DNA of 60,329 nucleotides, the filler included. It is 7 parts of 7 records of this genome, joined end to end, with 100 filler letters (N's around TTAATTAATTAA, not from the genome) between each part and the next. Parts side by side here need not be neighbours in the genome. Positions count along the whole stretch, not along the records: positions 1 to 8,631 come from SRR31156797_10273; positions 8,732 to 17,396 come from SRR31156797_10274; 5 more parts are not named here. One strand, given 5' to 3'. The translations under genes were made by a program, and so were the position numbers. The notes beneath the pieces were generated by a model. The model was not told the origin of the DNA. It searched no databases and was given only the letters and a program-made list of their open reading frames with translations. Below are positions 1 through 9,870 of this stretch, in pieces. Numbering within the stretch: position 1 is the first letter of the stretch; each line of letters begins with the position of its first letter.

Positions 1-32
1 CCCGCCTTTGTGATTAATCAGGGGGGATTTCT

Positions 33-251
33 TTATAGAGTCCCGGAATCTCTAAAGCCACAACCAAACTTATCACTGTGCAGTTCGCCGCCTGTCGCCC
101 AGTTCTCCCGATCAAATTCTTCGATTAATACTGAAACCCATTCCGGTTTCACCTCAAGAGATGATACCACCGAATCCGTTATTGATTTTACCAGAACACG
201 TTTTTGCTCAATTGAGCGTCCTTTTGCTATCTTAATCGTTATTACCGGCAT
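33..251 (-). CDS. 4-oxalocrotonate tautomerase family protein
   Basis: 72 aa; starts M-P (catalytic Pro1), 'GRSIEQKRVLVKSIT', 'NWATGG'. Confidence 0.9.
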   Translation of the reverse strand: MPVITIKIAKGRSIEQKRVLVKSITDSVVSSLEVKPEWVSVLIEEFDRENWATGGELHSDKFGCGFRDSGTL

Positions 252-360
252 TTTTCTTCCTTTTGTCTGGAATGTCGTTACTCACCTACAGGCATAACCT
301 GAGCCCGAATCCGTAAGGGTTTGAGGCCCAGGGAGAATGATTTTATTCAGTGCAAGGACC

Positions 361-822
361 TTATGATCCGGGACGCTGCATGATTACCGTGGGGACTCCG
401 GCCGGATTCATTTCTCCTTTTTTGTGGTCAGTAAATCCGAATTTGGCATAAAGTATCCTTGCGGGCTGTCCCTCGGCAACGGAACTGTCAAATGTCTGGA
501 CAACCATGGGGTCATGGATGTTGAGCCGGTTAATGGCAAAATCGAGCAATGCTTCGCCATACCCTTTTCCTCTGCTTGTGCCGGCCACCACAAACCATGC
601 AATCTCATTCGCTTCCCTGGAAATGACAATGCCTCCTTTTAGTTTCCGATCATGTTCATTCTTTTCCGATCGAACGCAGAAGGCTGTTCCGTCTGATATC
701 GCCTGTTTCAACGCCTCTTGGAATGAGCTGTCATCGGCCATGGGACCAAATAAATGTTCTACTTCCCTTGCCAGTGATATCCATGCATCGAAATCAGATG
801 CCGTGGCTTGACTTATCTTCAT
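361..822 (-). CDS. GNAT family N-acetyltransferase
   Basis: Acetyl-CoA motif A 'SRGKGYGEALL' and 'LYAKFGF'; likely start ATG 822 (MKISQ) rather than 870. Confidence 0.85.
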   Translation of the reverse strand: MKISQATASDFDAWISLAREVEHLFGPMADDSSFQEALKQAISDGTAFCVRSEKNEHDRKLKGGIVISREANEIAWFVVAGTSRGKGYGEALLDFAINRLNIHDPMVVQTFDSSVAEGQPARILYAKFGFTDHKKGEMNPAGVPTVIMQRPGS

Positions 823-882
823 GTTCTTCTCTCTTATCGTTTTGACTGCTTTCGTTCTTTCCGGGTACAATTCCGGTGTGCA

Positions 883-1542
883 TTATTCGAATTTCAGTGT
901 GCCAAATGACCGTGGGAGATGGAAATTTGGCTTTGGGAAATCAACCGGTGACCATGTCAGCCAGTGGGGATGTGAGCTCTTGTCCGCGCATTTGTAGAAA
1001 TTCGCCCGCCACTCCACCCGGCGTGCCGGCGTAATCACCTCACAGTATTTTTCCAGCAAGGCCAGGGGAATCCGGTACCCAACGGTCCATGTGACGGGGT
1101 CAGGGATCTCCGGATCAACAATGGGGGGCAATGAATGCGTCCGTTTTATCTTGTTGCATTCATCCTTCGGGATTACAATCCTTTCCTTGCCTGCCCCGGG
1201 CTGAAAATGGAACAGCATGGTGCCGCCGCAATTCATTTCAAGGTTGAAGTAGCCTTTGGACAGATCGGAATTCGGTGTAAAGAAGAATTCCACACAGCTG
1301 TCTTCCCAGACATTACCTTGGTGTTCCGGGGCGACAGCCCGAACGTATCTGTCCTCGACCCGAAAAATCAGGTGAATGGCCTTGTCATCATAGGCGATCT
1401 TCACCTCTGCCTTTGGAAAATGGTCGGGTTTCCGTCCCATGTAGTTTCCGATCAGCTCGGATGGAATCTTTTTCCAGTGGGAGGAATCCCAACCTGCATC
1501 ACCCTTTGGAGGGCTTGCTATTTTTGCTACCTTACAGATCAT
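883..1542 (-). CDS. Carbohydrate-binding family 9-like (DOMON-like) protein
   Basis: 'VWEDSCVEFFF', 'YFNLEMNCGG', 'WRANFYKCAD', 'PNFHLP..FG' typical of CBM9-like sugar-binding proteins. Confidence 0.8.
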   Translation of the reverse strand: MICKVAKIASPPKGDAGWDSSHWKKIPSELIGNYMGRKPDHFPKAEVKIAYDDKAIHLIFRVEDRYVRAVAPEHQGNVWEDSCVEFFFTPNSDLSKGYFNLEMNCGGTMLFHFQPGAGKERIVIPKDECNKIKRTHSLPPIVDPEIPDPVTWTVGYRIPLALLEKYCEVITPARRVEWRANFYKCADKSSHPHWLTWSPVDFPKPNFHLPRSFGTLKFE

Positions 1543-1569
1543 ATCTTGTTATCATCTTTATTTATGGAA

Positions 1570-1860
1570 TCAATCCTGCCGTAATGCTTCCAGCGCTTCT
1601 CCGACGGTCGGCGCCAGCTCAATGAAGGCTTTTAGCTTTTTGCATTTGTACTCGGCACATACGGCGCAGTTCGAGGTGCCCTTTTCAATATTGCATTTTC
1701 GGATCTCACAGACGTTTTCGGTGAAAAAGAATTTAGGGCCGTCCGACCGGCAACCATGGCAATTTATCTGCTCGGGCTTTATGTCAGCACTATATTCAGC
1801 AGACCATTTTTCCGCGACCTCCATGCGTTTCGTATCGTTATCCTCCATGGTTGCCGGACA
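1570..1860 (-). pseudogene. DUF3795-family Cys-rich protein, N-terminally truncated
   Basis: 'INCHGCRS...CEIRKC...[11 protein letters not shown]' present; the usual N-terminal CGxxCxxC segment is absent; in-frame stop at 1882-1884. Confidence 0.7.
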
Positions 1861-2465
1861 CGTGTCACTTGAGCAAGGAATTTAGCGGTTATACCTGTAT
1901 ACGCTAAGGTTTTTCTTGTCAGGTGTTGCCTGCTCCAGCCGACGTCATCACTGATTTGTTTGATTGAACATCTGCCTTGGGTTTTTCGGATAAGCGCCAG
2001 TGCCCTTGCCATCTTCGGATCAATGGTATTGATTGATGACAGCTTGTTGATAAATGTCTTGTTCAACAGCTCAATCTGCCGGTGTGTTGAATTCAGGTCG
2101 GTCAATTGATTGGAAAGATGCGTTGCTTCCCGGCCTGCAAATTCAAAATAGTCAACGAGCCGGTCCGTGATTTCATGCATTGGAACATTAAAGAACGGGT
2201 ACGCCATGCCAGGGTTGAATCTTACGCCAACAAGATGTGTCCTGTCGCTTTCCATGGGCTTTGTCATCGCTCCGACGACAAAGCTCTTCAATGCCGCAGG
2301 CGGGCTTAAATCGAAAATGATGTCAATACATCCATCTGGAATTATTCGATTCCGGTTTAATGAAATGGCGGCTGAATCCGTTGCATATGACCAGTAGCGG
2401 TCAATATACGGCTGCAGGCGGGCAGGGGGCTCATATTCATTGTAACCGGTAATAAGTGAAGGCAT
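1779..2465 (-). pseudogene. AraC-family regulator (DUF6597-type N-terminus), C-terminally truncated
   Basis: 'YEPPARLQPYIDRYW', 'IIPDGCIDIIF', first HTH 'SRQHLTRK..YTGITAK'; second HTH missing; the tail reads DUF3795 DNA out of frame. Confidence 0.75.
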
Positions 2466-2475
2466 CGGTAATCGT

Positions 2476-2598
2476 GTTGAATCGTATCTGTTGATTAATC
2501 CAAAATTCAGGTTTCATCCCGAAACATGCTCCAGTTCCTTGTGCCGTATCAGCCGTTCTCTTTCTTTCCGGTTGAAGAATATAGCCGATACGAGGGCT
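2476..2598 (-). pseudogene. Degenerate HigA-family antitoxin fragment
   Basis: My translation SPRIGYILQPERKRTADTAQGTGACFGMKPEFWINQQIRFN resembles the HigA C-terminal pattern (TADTA.rL...FG..PEFW.NlQ); no start codon for the fragment. Confidence 0.6.
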
Positions 2599-2777
2599 TT
2601 ACTCTATGACGTTTATGTTTATTCGTCAAGATGTGATGGTCAAGCGGTTTTTCCGGGGGATCGAGCAGGATTAGGCAACATTTTGAGAGAATTGTGCATT
2701 CCAATTTTTTCCGATCGAATCTATGATTGGTCGATCGCTAAAAAGACTCAAAACCAATCAATTAAAAGAGGTGTAAT

Positions 2778-3923
2778 ATGATGAATTTTGACTATTATAT
2801 TCCAACCAAAATATTGTTCGGAGCCGGTAAATTAAACCAGTTGGCCACGGAGAAACTGCCGGGACATAAGGCATTGATTGTCATTTCCTGCGGGACCTCC
2901 ATGCGTAAATATGGGTATCTCGATCGCCTGGAACGTCTGCTGAAACAGCAAAACATTGAATCGGTCGTGTTTGATAAGATCTTGCCCAATCCCATCAAGG
3001 ACCATGTGACCGAAGGCGCTTCCATGGCAAGGGAAAACCGGTGTGACTTTGTCATTGGCCTTGGCGGCGGTTCTTCCATTGACGCTGCAAAATCCATTGC
3101 CGTCATGGCCCGGAATCCGGGAGATTACTGGGATTACATCCATGGCGGAAGCGGTAAAGGCAAACCGGTTGAAAACGGCGCCTTACCCATTGTTGCCATC
3201 ACCACCACCGCCGGAACAGGTACGGAAGCCGATCCGTGGACGGTGATCACCCATGGGGAGGAAAAAATCGGATTCGGCGATCCCTCCTGCACCTTTCCCG
3301 TGCTGTCCGTGGTGGATCCGGAACTGATGACATCCGTTCCCCCCCATTTAACCGCGTACCAGGGCTTTGACGCTTTTTTCCATGCGGCTGAAGGCTTCAT
3401 CGCCAATATCGCAACCCCCGTCAGTGACCTGTATGCCCTGGAAAGCATCCGGCTGCTGACACAATACCTGCCCCGTGCGGTCGAGAACGGCAATGACATG
3501 GAAGCACGCGGGTATGTGGCCCTGGCCAACACCCTTTCCGGCATGGTGGAATCCACCTCCAGCTGCACCTCGGAACACTCACTGGAGCATGCCTTGAGTG
3601 CGTCCCACCATGAACTGCCCCACGGCGCAGGGCTGATCATGCTTTCCGAAGCCTATTTCAAGCATTTTGCGGATAAGGTGCCGGAGCGGTTTGAGCGGAT
3701 GGCTGCGGCCATGGGAGACACTGATTTTATCCGGGCGCTCATCAAACTTCAGGAAAAGTGCGGGGTCCGGGACTTGAAAATGTCGGATTACGGCATTACC
3801 GAAGGTGAACTGGGCGGTCTGGCCAAGAATGCACGCGAAACCATGGGGTTCCTGTACACCCTGGACCCGGTTCCACTTTCGGATGCCGATGCGGAAAGCA
3901 TTTTGCGCGCGTCATTTAAATAA
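2778..3923 (+). CDS. Iron-containing alcohol dehydrogenase
   Basis: 'GLGGGSSIDAAK', 'TTTAGTGTE', 'DAFFHAAE', 'HSLEH', 'HGAGL'; RBS GAGGTG. Confidence 0.95.
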   Translation: MMNFDYYIPTKILFGAGKLNQLATEKLPGHKALIVISCGTSMRKYGYLDRLERLLKQQNIESVVFDKILPNPIKDHVTEGASMARENRCDFVIGLGGGSSIDAAKSIAVMARNPGDYWDYIHGGSGKGKPVENGALPIVAITTTAGTGTEADPWTVITHGEEKIGFGDPSCTFPVLSVVDPELMTSVPPHLTAYQGFDAFFHAAEGFIANIATPVSDLYALESIRLLTQYLPRAVENGNDMEARGYVALANTLSGMVESTSSCTSEHSLEHALSASHHELPHGAGLIMLSEAYFKHFADKVPERFERMAAAMGDTDFIRALIKLQEKCGVRDLKMSDYGITEGELGGLAKNARETMGFLYTLDPVPLSDADAESILRASFK

Positions 3924-3937
3924 CACTATTTTAAAGA

Positions 3938-3969
3938 GGGTGAGGGCGGTAGGAAAAACGCCCTTACCC
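3938..3969. terminator. GC hairpin between convergent ADH and SDR genes
   Basis: GGGTGAGGGCG ... CGCCCTTACCC inverted repeat (one G-U pair). Confidence 0.55.
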
Positions 3970-4074
3970 GATTTCATAACTCATATTTTTAATTCTTATT
4001 CTTCAACATCCCTGTAGCCTGCGGATAGTCCCTCCCCAGTTTCCATACCGACCCCTCTGCCGCTTATTTCTCCA

Positions 4075-4899
4075 TTAAGCCAGGCCGAACTTCTTTTTCA
4101 GGATCTGGTCCAGGACCCTTGTCGGGAGCCATTTTTTCATCAGCGGCATGGTTGTGCTGATGTTGCCGATGCGGATGATTTCCGGCGGGTTTTCCACCAT
4201 GACGGCCCTGACAAGTTTTCGGGCAAACTCCCCGGTGGGGGTGGCGCCGACCTGGGAGGCTTCGGCCCTTGCGTGTATGGCGTTTTCCATGGATTGAAAC
4301 CAGGAGTCGGGGGGCAGAATACGGGCAATGATCTTTTTTGCCGATGTGCCAAAGTCTGATTCAATTTTCCCGGGCTGCACGGTAACCACCTTGATCCCAA
4401 AAATGCCGAGCTCCATGCGCAGGGCGTCGGAAAGGGCGTGGAGCGCCGCCTTGGAGGCGCAGTAGGCCCCGGAAAAGGGGGTGGTGGTAATGCCGGACAC
4501 GCTGCCGATGTTGACGATCATGCCGCTGTTCTGCTTTTTCATGGCCGGGGCCACCTGCCGGATCAGGAATAACGGTGCAAACACATTGGTCTGGAATTGG
4601 GCCATCAACTCATCCTCAGGCAGTTCCATGGCAGGACCCATGAGGGCATAGCCCGCATTGTTCACAAGGACATCGATGGTCTTTTCCTGGGCCAGGACTG
4701 TTTCGATGACCTGCTTTACCTGGTCTTTATCGTTCACGTCCAGGGCGTGGGTTGCCATGCCTTTTTCCTGAAGGGCGGAGAGGGCGTCAAGGTTGCGTGC
4801 CGTGGCTATGACCCGGTGGCCGGATTGATGGAATGTTTTTGCCAGGGCACGTCCGATGCCTGTGGAGCATCCGGTGATGAAAATGATTTTTTTCTTCAT
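4075..4899 (-). CDS. Short-chain dehydrogenase/reductase
   Basis: 'TGCSTGIG', 'NNAG', YxxxK 'YCASK'. Confidence 0.95.
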   Translation of the reverse strand: MKKKIIFITGCSTGIGRALAKTFHQSGHRVIATARNLDALSALQEKGMATHALDVNDKDQVKQVIETVLAQEKTIDVLVNNAGYALMGPAMELPEDELMAQFQTNVFAPLFLIRQVAPAMKKQNSGMIVNIGSVSGITTTPFSGAYCASKAALHALSDALRMELGIFGIKVVTVQPGKIESDFGTSAKKIIARILPPDSWFQSMENAIHARAEASQVGATPTGEFARKLVRAVMVENPPEIIRIGNISTTMPLMKKWLPTRVLDQILKKKFGLA

Positions 4900-4955
4900 G
4901 ATGGTCCTCGCTGAAATAGGGTTCGCTGATCCCGGTCTTTGGTGTCAGTCTCCGA

Positions 4956-5753
<798 letters not shown>

Positions 5754-5977
5754 GGGCGTGGTTTCTGTCCGTGAATCCGGTTTACTGGATTACCGTTAGC
5801 ACAGGTGTTCGCCGAAAACAAGGCGTAACATGCCGGGCTTGGGGCGGTGCTGGCAGGATGGCCGGGCATTCCCGTCTCCTGCGGTTCACAAAAGGGATTG
5901 ATCCCCCGGGGGGATTCGGGTAGGCTGCCAGGGATGGAGTATCATAACGCAACCATAGAAAAGCTAAGGAGTCACCC

Positions 5978-6760
5978 ATGTCTTTGTTCAAACGTATCCT
6001 GTCCAGCGTCGGGATCGGCGGTGCCAAGGTGGATACCATTTTACAGGCGGAACGTTTTGTCCCCGGGGAAGAGATCGACGCCATCGTGAAAATCAAGGGC
6101 GGAAGCACCGATCAGGAAATCGGCGGGCTCTACTTCTCCATTCTTTCCACCTACGAGGCCACCGAGACCGATGAGGACGGAGAGGAGGAAACCGTCACCC
6201 GTGTTGCCGAGCTTTCCAAATTCAAGGTAAAGGATAGCTTCACCCTCGGGCCGGGCCAGGAGGAGGAGGTTGAGATTTCCTTCGAGCTTCCCCTCTACAC
6301 CCCCCTTACCATGGGCAAGACCCGGGTGTGGGTCCGCACCGGACTCGACATCAAAAAAGCCATCGATTCGGGGGACGAGGACTATATCCAGGTGGTGCCG
6401 GATCATCTCCTGGCCGCTCTTTTCAGCGCCATGGAGGAGCTGGGCTTTGAACTGGCCGAGGTCGAGTGCGAGGAGGTTCCCTCAACCTTTCCCACGCCTC
6501 TGCCCTTTGTCCAGGAGCTGGAGTTCAAGCCCCGGACCGGCCCCTACCGCGGCCGCCTGGATGAGATAGAGCTGGTCTGCCTCCCCGGGGACAACGGGTG
6601 GGACGTACATATGGAGATCGATCGCAAGGCCCGGAATATCGCCGGCTTCTTCTCTGAGATGCTCGGCACCGACGAGAGCCGGGTTCGCTTTACCTTGACG
6701 GAGGAAGACCTTCCCGGTCTCACCGGCAGGCTCAACGAGTTCATCGACGCCTGGAGCTGA
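5978..6760 (+). CDS. spo0M: Spo0M-family (arrestin-like) protein
   Basis: N-terminus 'MSLFKRILSSVGIGGAKVDTIL', 'PFVQELEFKP..G.YRGRLDEIEL', 'EIDRKAR'; RBS AAGGAG. Confidence 0.85.
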   Translation: MSLFKRILSSVGIGGAKVDTILQAERFVPGEEIDAIVKIKGGSTDQEIGGLYFSILSTYEATETDEDGEEETVTRVAELSKFKVKDSFTLGPGQEEEVEISFELPLYTPLTMGKTRVWVRTGLDIKKAIDSGDEDYIQVVPDHLLAALFSAMEELGFELAEVECEEVPSTFPTPLPFVQELEFKPRTGPYRGRLDEIELVCLPGDNGWDVHMEIDRKARNIAGFFSEMLGTDESRVRFTLTEEDLPGLTGRLNEFIDAWS

Positions 6761-6994
6761 CGCCGGACAACGTCAACGCCCGGTCCCCCGCCTGCATCGG
6801 TCCGGGGGGCCGGGAACAAGAATATACTTGTTTTTTGCCCGCTTTAATAGGTATCATGATTTCAGGTGCATGGGGGCGGGTGCTGATAGTTGAATCTGTG
6901 ATGTGTACCGGCATTCTGTTTCAGATGTTTAAGATTGCGGACCATCGCCTCTTATTCGGCCATTGACGCAAGAAAAAATAAGGGGGGACAGATA

Positions 6995-7621
6995 ATGTCT
7001 GTTCGGGAAGCCATAGGAAGTGACCTGTATTTAATACACGGGGATGACGGAACATCGGATTTTTTACTCATTTCCGCACACGGCGCAACAAAAAACAGAA
7101 AATTTCGCGTACCGGAATGGACCCGGCTCCATTTCTACGCGCCGCGTAAACACTATCTTATTATGCCCATGGCCAAGTTTCAGCTGGGCTCACGGGTGGA
7201 AGAGGAAATTGAGCCGGGCAATTTTACTCCGGATTATTCCCTGAGCAAGTACCAGGGGCGCCACGGCAGTAAGGAGGAAACCTATGATACCCTTGGGGAC
7301 CTGGTTGACAGGACGCGGCAGGCCATTGAAGGCGGCCGGCCGGAAATGCCGCCCATACCCGACGGCGCGCCCCAGGGGATGATTGACAATGCCAGGGAGG
7401 GGCTGAAAGCCAAAATAAGGGAATACGAGAACCTGCTGCCCTTTGATTTCCTGACCGTTCGTAACCGCAGCCCCTTCAATCCGTTTACAGGGGGCACCAA
7501 CCTCAAGACCGTTCTGGAACAGCTGGATGAATCCGGTCACCGATATCCCTATATTTTCTGTAGTTTCTGTCGCGGTGTACTCTTTGGCAGTAAAGGAAGC
7601 CACAAGGTCCAGGCCTACTGA
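6995..7621 (+). CDS. Hypothetical protein, Stv-like ('putative adhesin') domain
   Basis: RBS AAGGGGG before ATG 6995; 'LLISAHG', 'VP..T.LHFYAP', 'DYSLSKY', 'LTVRNR', 'FCSFCR'. Confidence 0.6.
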   Translation: MSVREAIGSDLYLIHGDDGTSDFLLISAHGATKNRKFRVPEWTRLHFYAPRKHYLIMPMAKFQLGSRVEEEIEPGNFTPDYSLSKYQGRHGSKEETYDTLGDLVDRTRQAIEGGRPEMPPIPDGAPQGMIDNAREGLKAKIREYENLLPFDFLTVRNRSPFNPFTGGTNLKTVLEQLDESGHRYPYIFCSFCRGVLFGSKGSHKVQAY

Positions 7622-7667
7622 TAAGAATCAATACTTGAGGCATTCGATGCCCACTGGGGAGAGGAGG

Positions 7668-7697
7668 AAAAGGCGGGGAAGCTCCCCGCCTTTTTTT
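7668..7697. terminator. Bidirectional rho-independent terminator
   Basis: AAAAGGCGGGGA-AGC-TCCCCGCCTTTTTTT between convergent genes. Confidence 0.85.
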
Positions 7698-7718
7698 CAG
7701 GAGATTTGTCTATTCAGA

Positions 7719-8630
7719 TTATTTGCTCATTTCATAGGTGTCGACCAGGGAGTATACATGCTCCTTCAATACCTTCTCAAAGCGCTCTTCATTGGCAAAA
7801 GGCCGCATGATCATTTTCTGGCATGCTGCCTGCTGGGTCTCGGTGGTGGTGGGCATGCCGAGAAGCTCCACGCCGTATGCGGAAAAATCCCTGACCATGA
7901 AATCAAACATCTGGTCCAGGAGATCGTCGTCGATATTTTCCATTGCGGCGCTCTCGATGATGAGCTGGCCGTATGCGATCAGGGTAAAAATTTCACCCAC
8001 GCCAAGGAGGAAGGCAAAGTCGTTCATCATCTGGTCGGCCAGTTCCATGCCCGAGCCGATCAGGAATTCCTCATAGGCCGTGATCTGCTTCTTGAAAATC
8101 TCGATATTGGGAAGGTCCTTGGTTGCATATGTCTTGCGGAAGTCGTGGAACTGGATTTTGGCATATCCCCTTGTGGGGCCCTGGTCGAAGAGAAAATCGT
8201 CATTCTCGTCGCCGGTGAGCCTGGGAATTTCGGGATACTCTTTGGGGTTGAACATGTAGTTGGGGATCAGCTTGGCGATCAGGGCCATGTTTACATGTCT
8301 TGTACCTTCGAGTTTCGGGAAACCCTTGAGCTCGCATACCGCCTGGCTGAAGTAGGTGTCTTTTTCAAACCCCTTGGCCGCGATGATGTCCCAGAGAAGC
8401 TCATGGACGACTTCGCCCTGGATGGCGACCTTCATTTTCATGATCGGGTTAAAGAGGAGGTAGCGCTTGTCCTCCGCCGACGCGGCCCGCATGTAGTCGG
8501 TGGCCCTGAGGCCGAAAAGCTTCATGGCGCCCAGGCGGCAGAAGGAATCAACGAACAGCTGTTTTACATGGGGAAATTCGGTGACGTATTTTCCGTACAG
8601 GTTCCGCTTGGCGGCATGGTTCAGGGCTTC
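7719..8630 (-). CDS. Acyl-CoA dehydrogenase, 5'-partial (cut by contig end)
   Basis: Frame open to the linker: 'HAAKRNLYGKYVTEFPHVKQ', 'PKLEGT' (catalytic Glu region). Confidence 0.85.
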   Translation of the reverse strand, partial: EALNHAAKRNLYGKYVTEFPHVKQLFVDSFCRLGAMKLFGLRATDYMRAASAEDKRYLLFNPIMKMKVAIQGEVVHELLWDIIAAKGFEKDTYFSQAVCELKGFPKLEGTRHVNMALIAKLIPNYMFNPKEYPEIPRLTGDENDDFLFDQGPTRGYAKIQFHDFRKTYATKDLPNIEIFKKQITAYEEFLIGSGMELADQMMNDFAFLLGVGEIFTLIAYGQLIIESAAMENIDDDLLDQMFDFMVRDFSAYGVELLGMPTTTETQQAACQKMIMRPFANEERFEKVLKEHVYSLVDTYEMSK

Positions 8631-8631
8631 G

Positions 8632-8731
8632 NNNNNNNNNNNNNNNNNNNNNNNNNNNNNNNNNNNNNNNNNNNNTTAATTAATTAANNNNNNNNNNNNN
8701 NNNNNNNNNNNNNNNNNNNNNNNNNNNNNNN
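8632..8731. other. Artificial contig linker
   Basis: N44-TTAATTAATTAA-N44, stops in all six frames; abrupt GC change. Confidence 0.98.
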
Positions 8732-9107
8732 ATAAGAAACTAATTAAAATTTATATAATATTAATTCATAGATAAAGAGCTCTGCATATTTTAGTTAATA
8801 TTATTTTTCTGCAAAGCTCTAAATCATGTAAAGTGAAACAGAGTGTTGAGTGTTTTCTATAAACTTGATTATAAAGTTTATAGAAGTTTTTTAAGAGTTT
8901 GTAACTTCAAATACTTATTCCGGAATTTTTGTATTTTATTCGCCTCTTATGTTCGATATTCTACCTCTCTGTGCAATTAATTGTCAATTACGCAAAAAAT
9001 ATATTTATTTTTCCCACAAAATAAGTTATAATGTATTTAGAACGACTTTTATGATTTCATAAGTCGTCGTATGAGAAGGTACTTAGTTTATTACTCTAGG
9101 AGGTAGT

Positions 9108-9803
9108 ATGGATATTATTGATTTCCCATTAACAGAACCTGCTTTAAATAAAAACGAAAAAATCATTTTGGAATATCTTTTGAATGAATTTGAAATTTCG
9201 TCTAGCAGACATCTAAAAATTCCGTTAAATTTATTTAAAAATGATTTAGATTTAATAAATAATTTGCATGATAAATTATTTCAGTTATCAATCAAAAAAA
9301 TCGTATTCAAAGATAAAGAGACTCAGGTTAGAACATTTTGTTTTAACATTATTGATAGTTATTCTTTAGTTGATAATCATCTGTTAATTGTTTTTTCCGA
9401 ACAACTTCACAGTCTTTTGATTAATAGAGAGAGTATTTTTTATGTTTATTCTCTTTTATTTCAAAATAAATATACTCTAAAATTATTTCAGGAGTTTTCA
9501 AAGTATGAAGGTAGTTATCTAATTTCAGTAGATGAGTTAAAAGAAAAGATTAATTTAAGTGACAGCTATGAACGTTTATATGATTTTGAAAGGAAAATAT
9601 TAAAAAACGGAATACAGGAAATTAATTCATACACTAATTTACAAGTGAGTTATGAAAAAAAATATTCTAAAATTAAAAACGAACCAATTAAGATTCTTTT
9701 TACAATTGAAAAAACACAATATCGAAAACCCGGATATCATGAAAATTTTAAAAAAACCTATGATGAACTACTTGATCGTTTTAAATCAATTTATGATTTT
9801 TAA
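9108..9803 (+). CDS. Rep_3/RepB-like replication initiator (winged-helix) protein
   Basis: 'NKYTLKLFQ...ISVDELKEKINL.DSYERLYDFERKILK..IQEIN..TNLQVSYEK' matches the Rep_3 WH2 pattern; RBS AGGAGG. Confidence 0.75.
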   Translation: MDIIDFPLTEPALNKNEKIILEYLLNEFEISSSRHLKIPLNLFKNDLDLINNLHDKLFQLSIKKIVFKDKETQVRTFCFNIIDSYSLVDNHLLIVFSEQLHSLLINRESIFYVYSLLFQNKYTLKLFQEFSKYEGSYLISVDELKEKINLSDSYERLYDFERKILKNGIQEINSYTNLQVSYEKKYSKIKNEPIKILFTIEKTQYRKPGYHENFKKTYDELLDRFKSIYDF

Positions 9804-9805
9804 AC

Positions 9806-9843
9806 AAAAAACACTCTTAAGTTTTTAACCTAAGAGTGTTTTT
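9806..9843. terminator. Bidirectional terminator
   Basis: AAAAAACACTCTTA ... TAAGAGTGTTTTT between convergent genes. Confidence 0.8.
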
Positions 9844-9870
9844 ATATTTAGTCTGTAATTTATATATTTT

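Noticed and set aside
252-360. Possible integron attC site (hairpin followed by GTTATGC on the minus strand) among small co-oriented genes
   Set aside because: No matching RYYYAAC inverse core, no similar sites between the other genes and no integrase
8676-8687. TTAATTAATTAA recurring six times as a possible biological repeat
   Set aside because: Always centred in identical N padding; it is an artificial six-frame stop linker
7527-8687. 386-aa plus-strand ORF
   Set aside because: Antisense shadow of the acyl-CoA dehydrogenase that runs into the linker; no protein motifs
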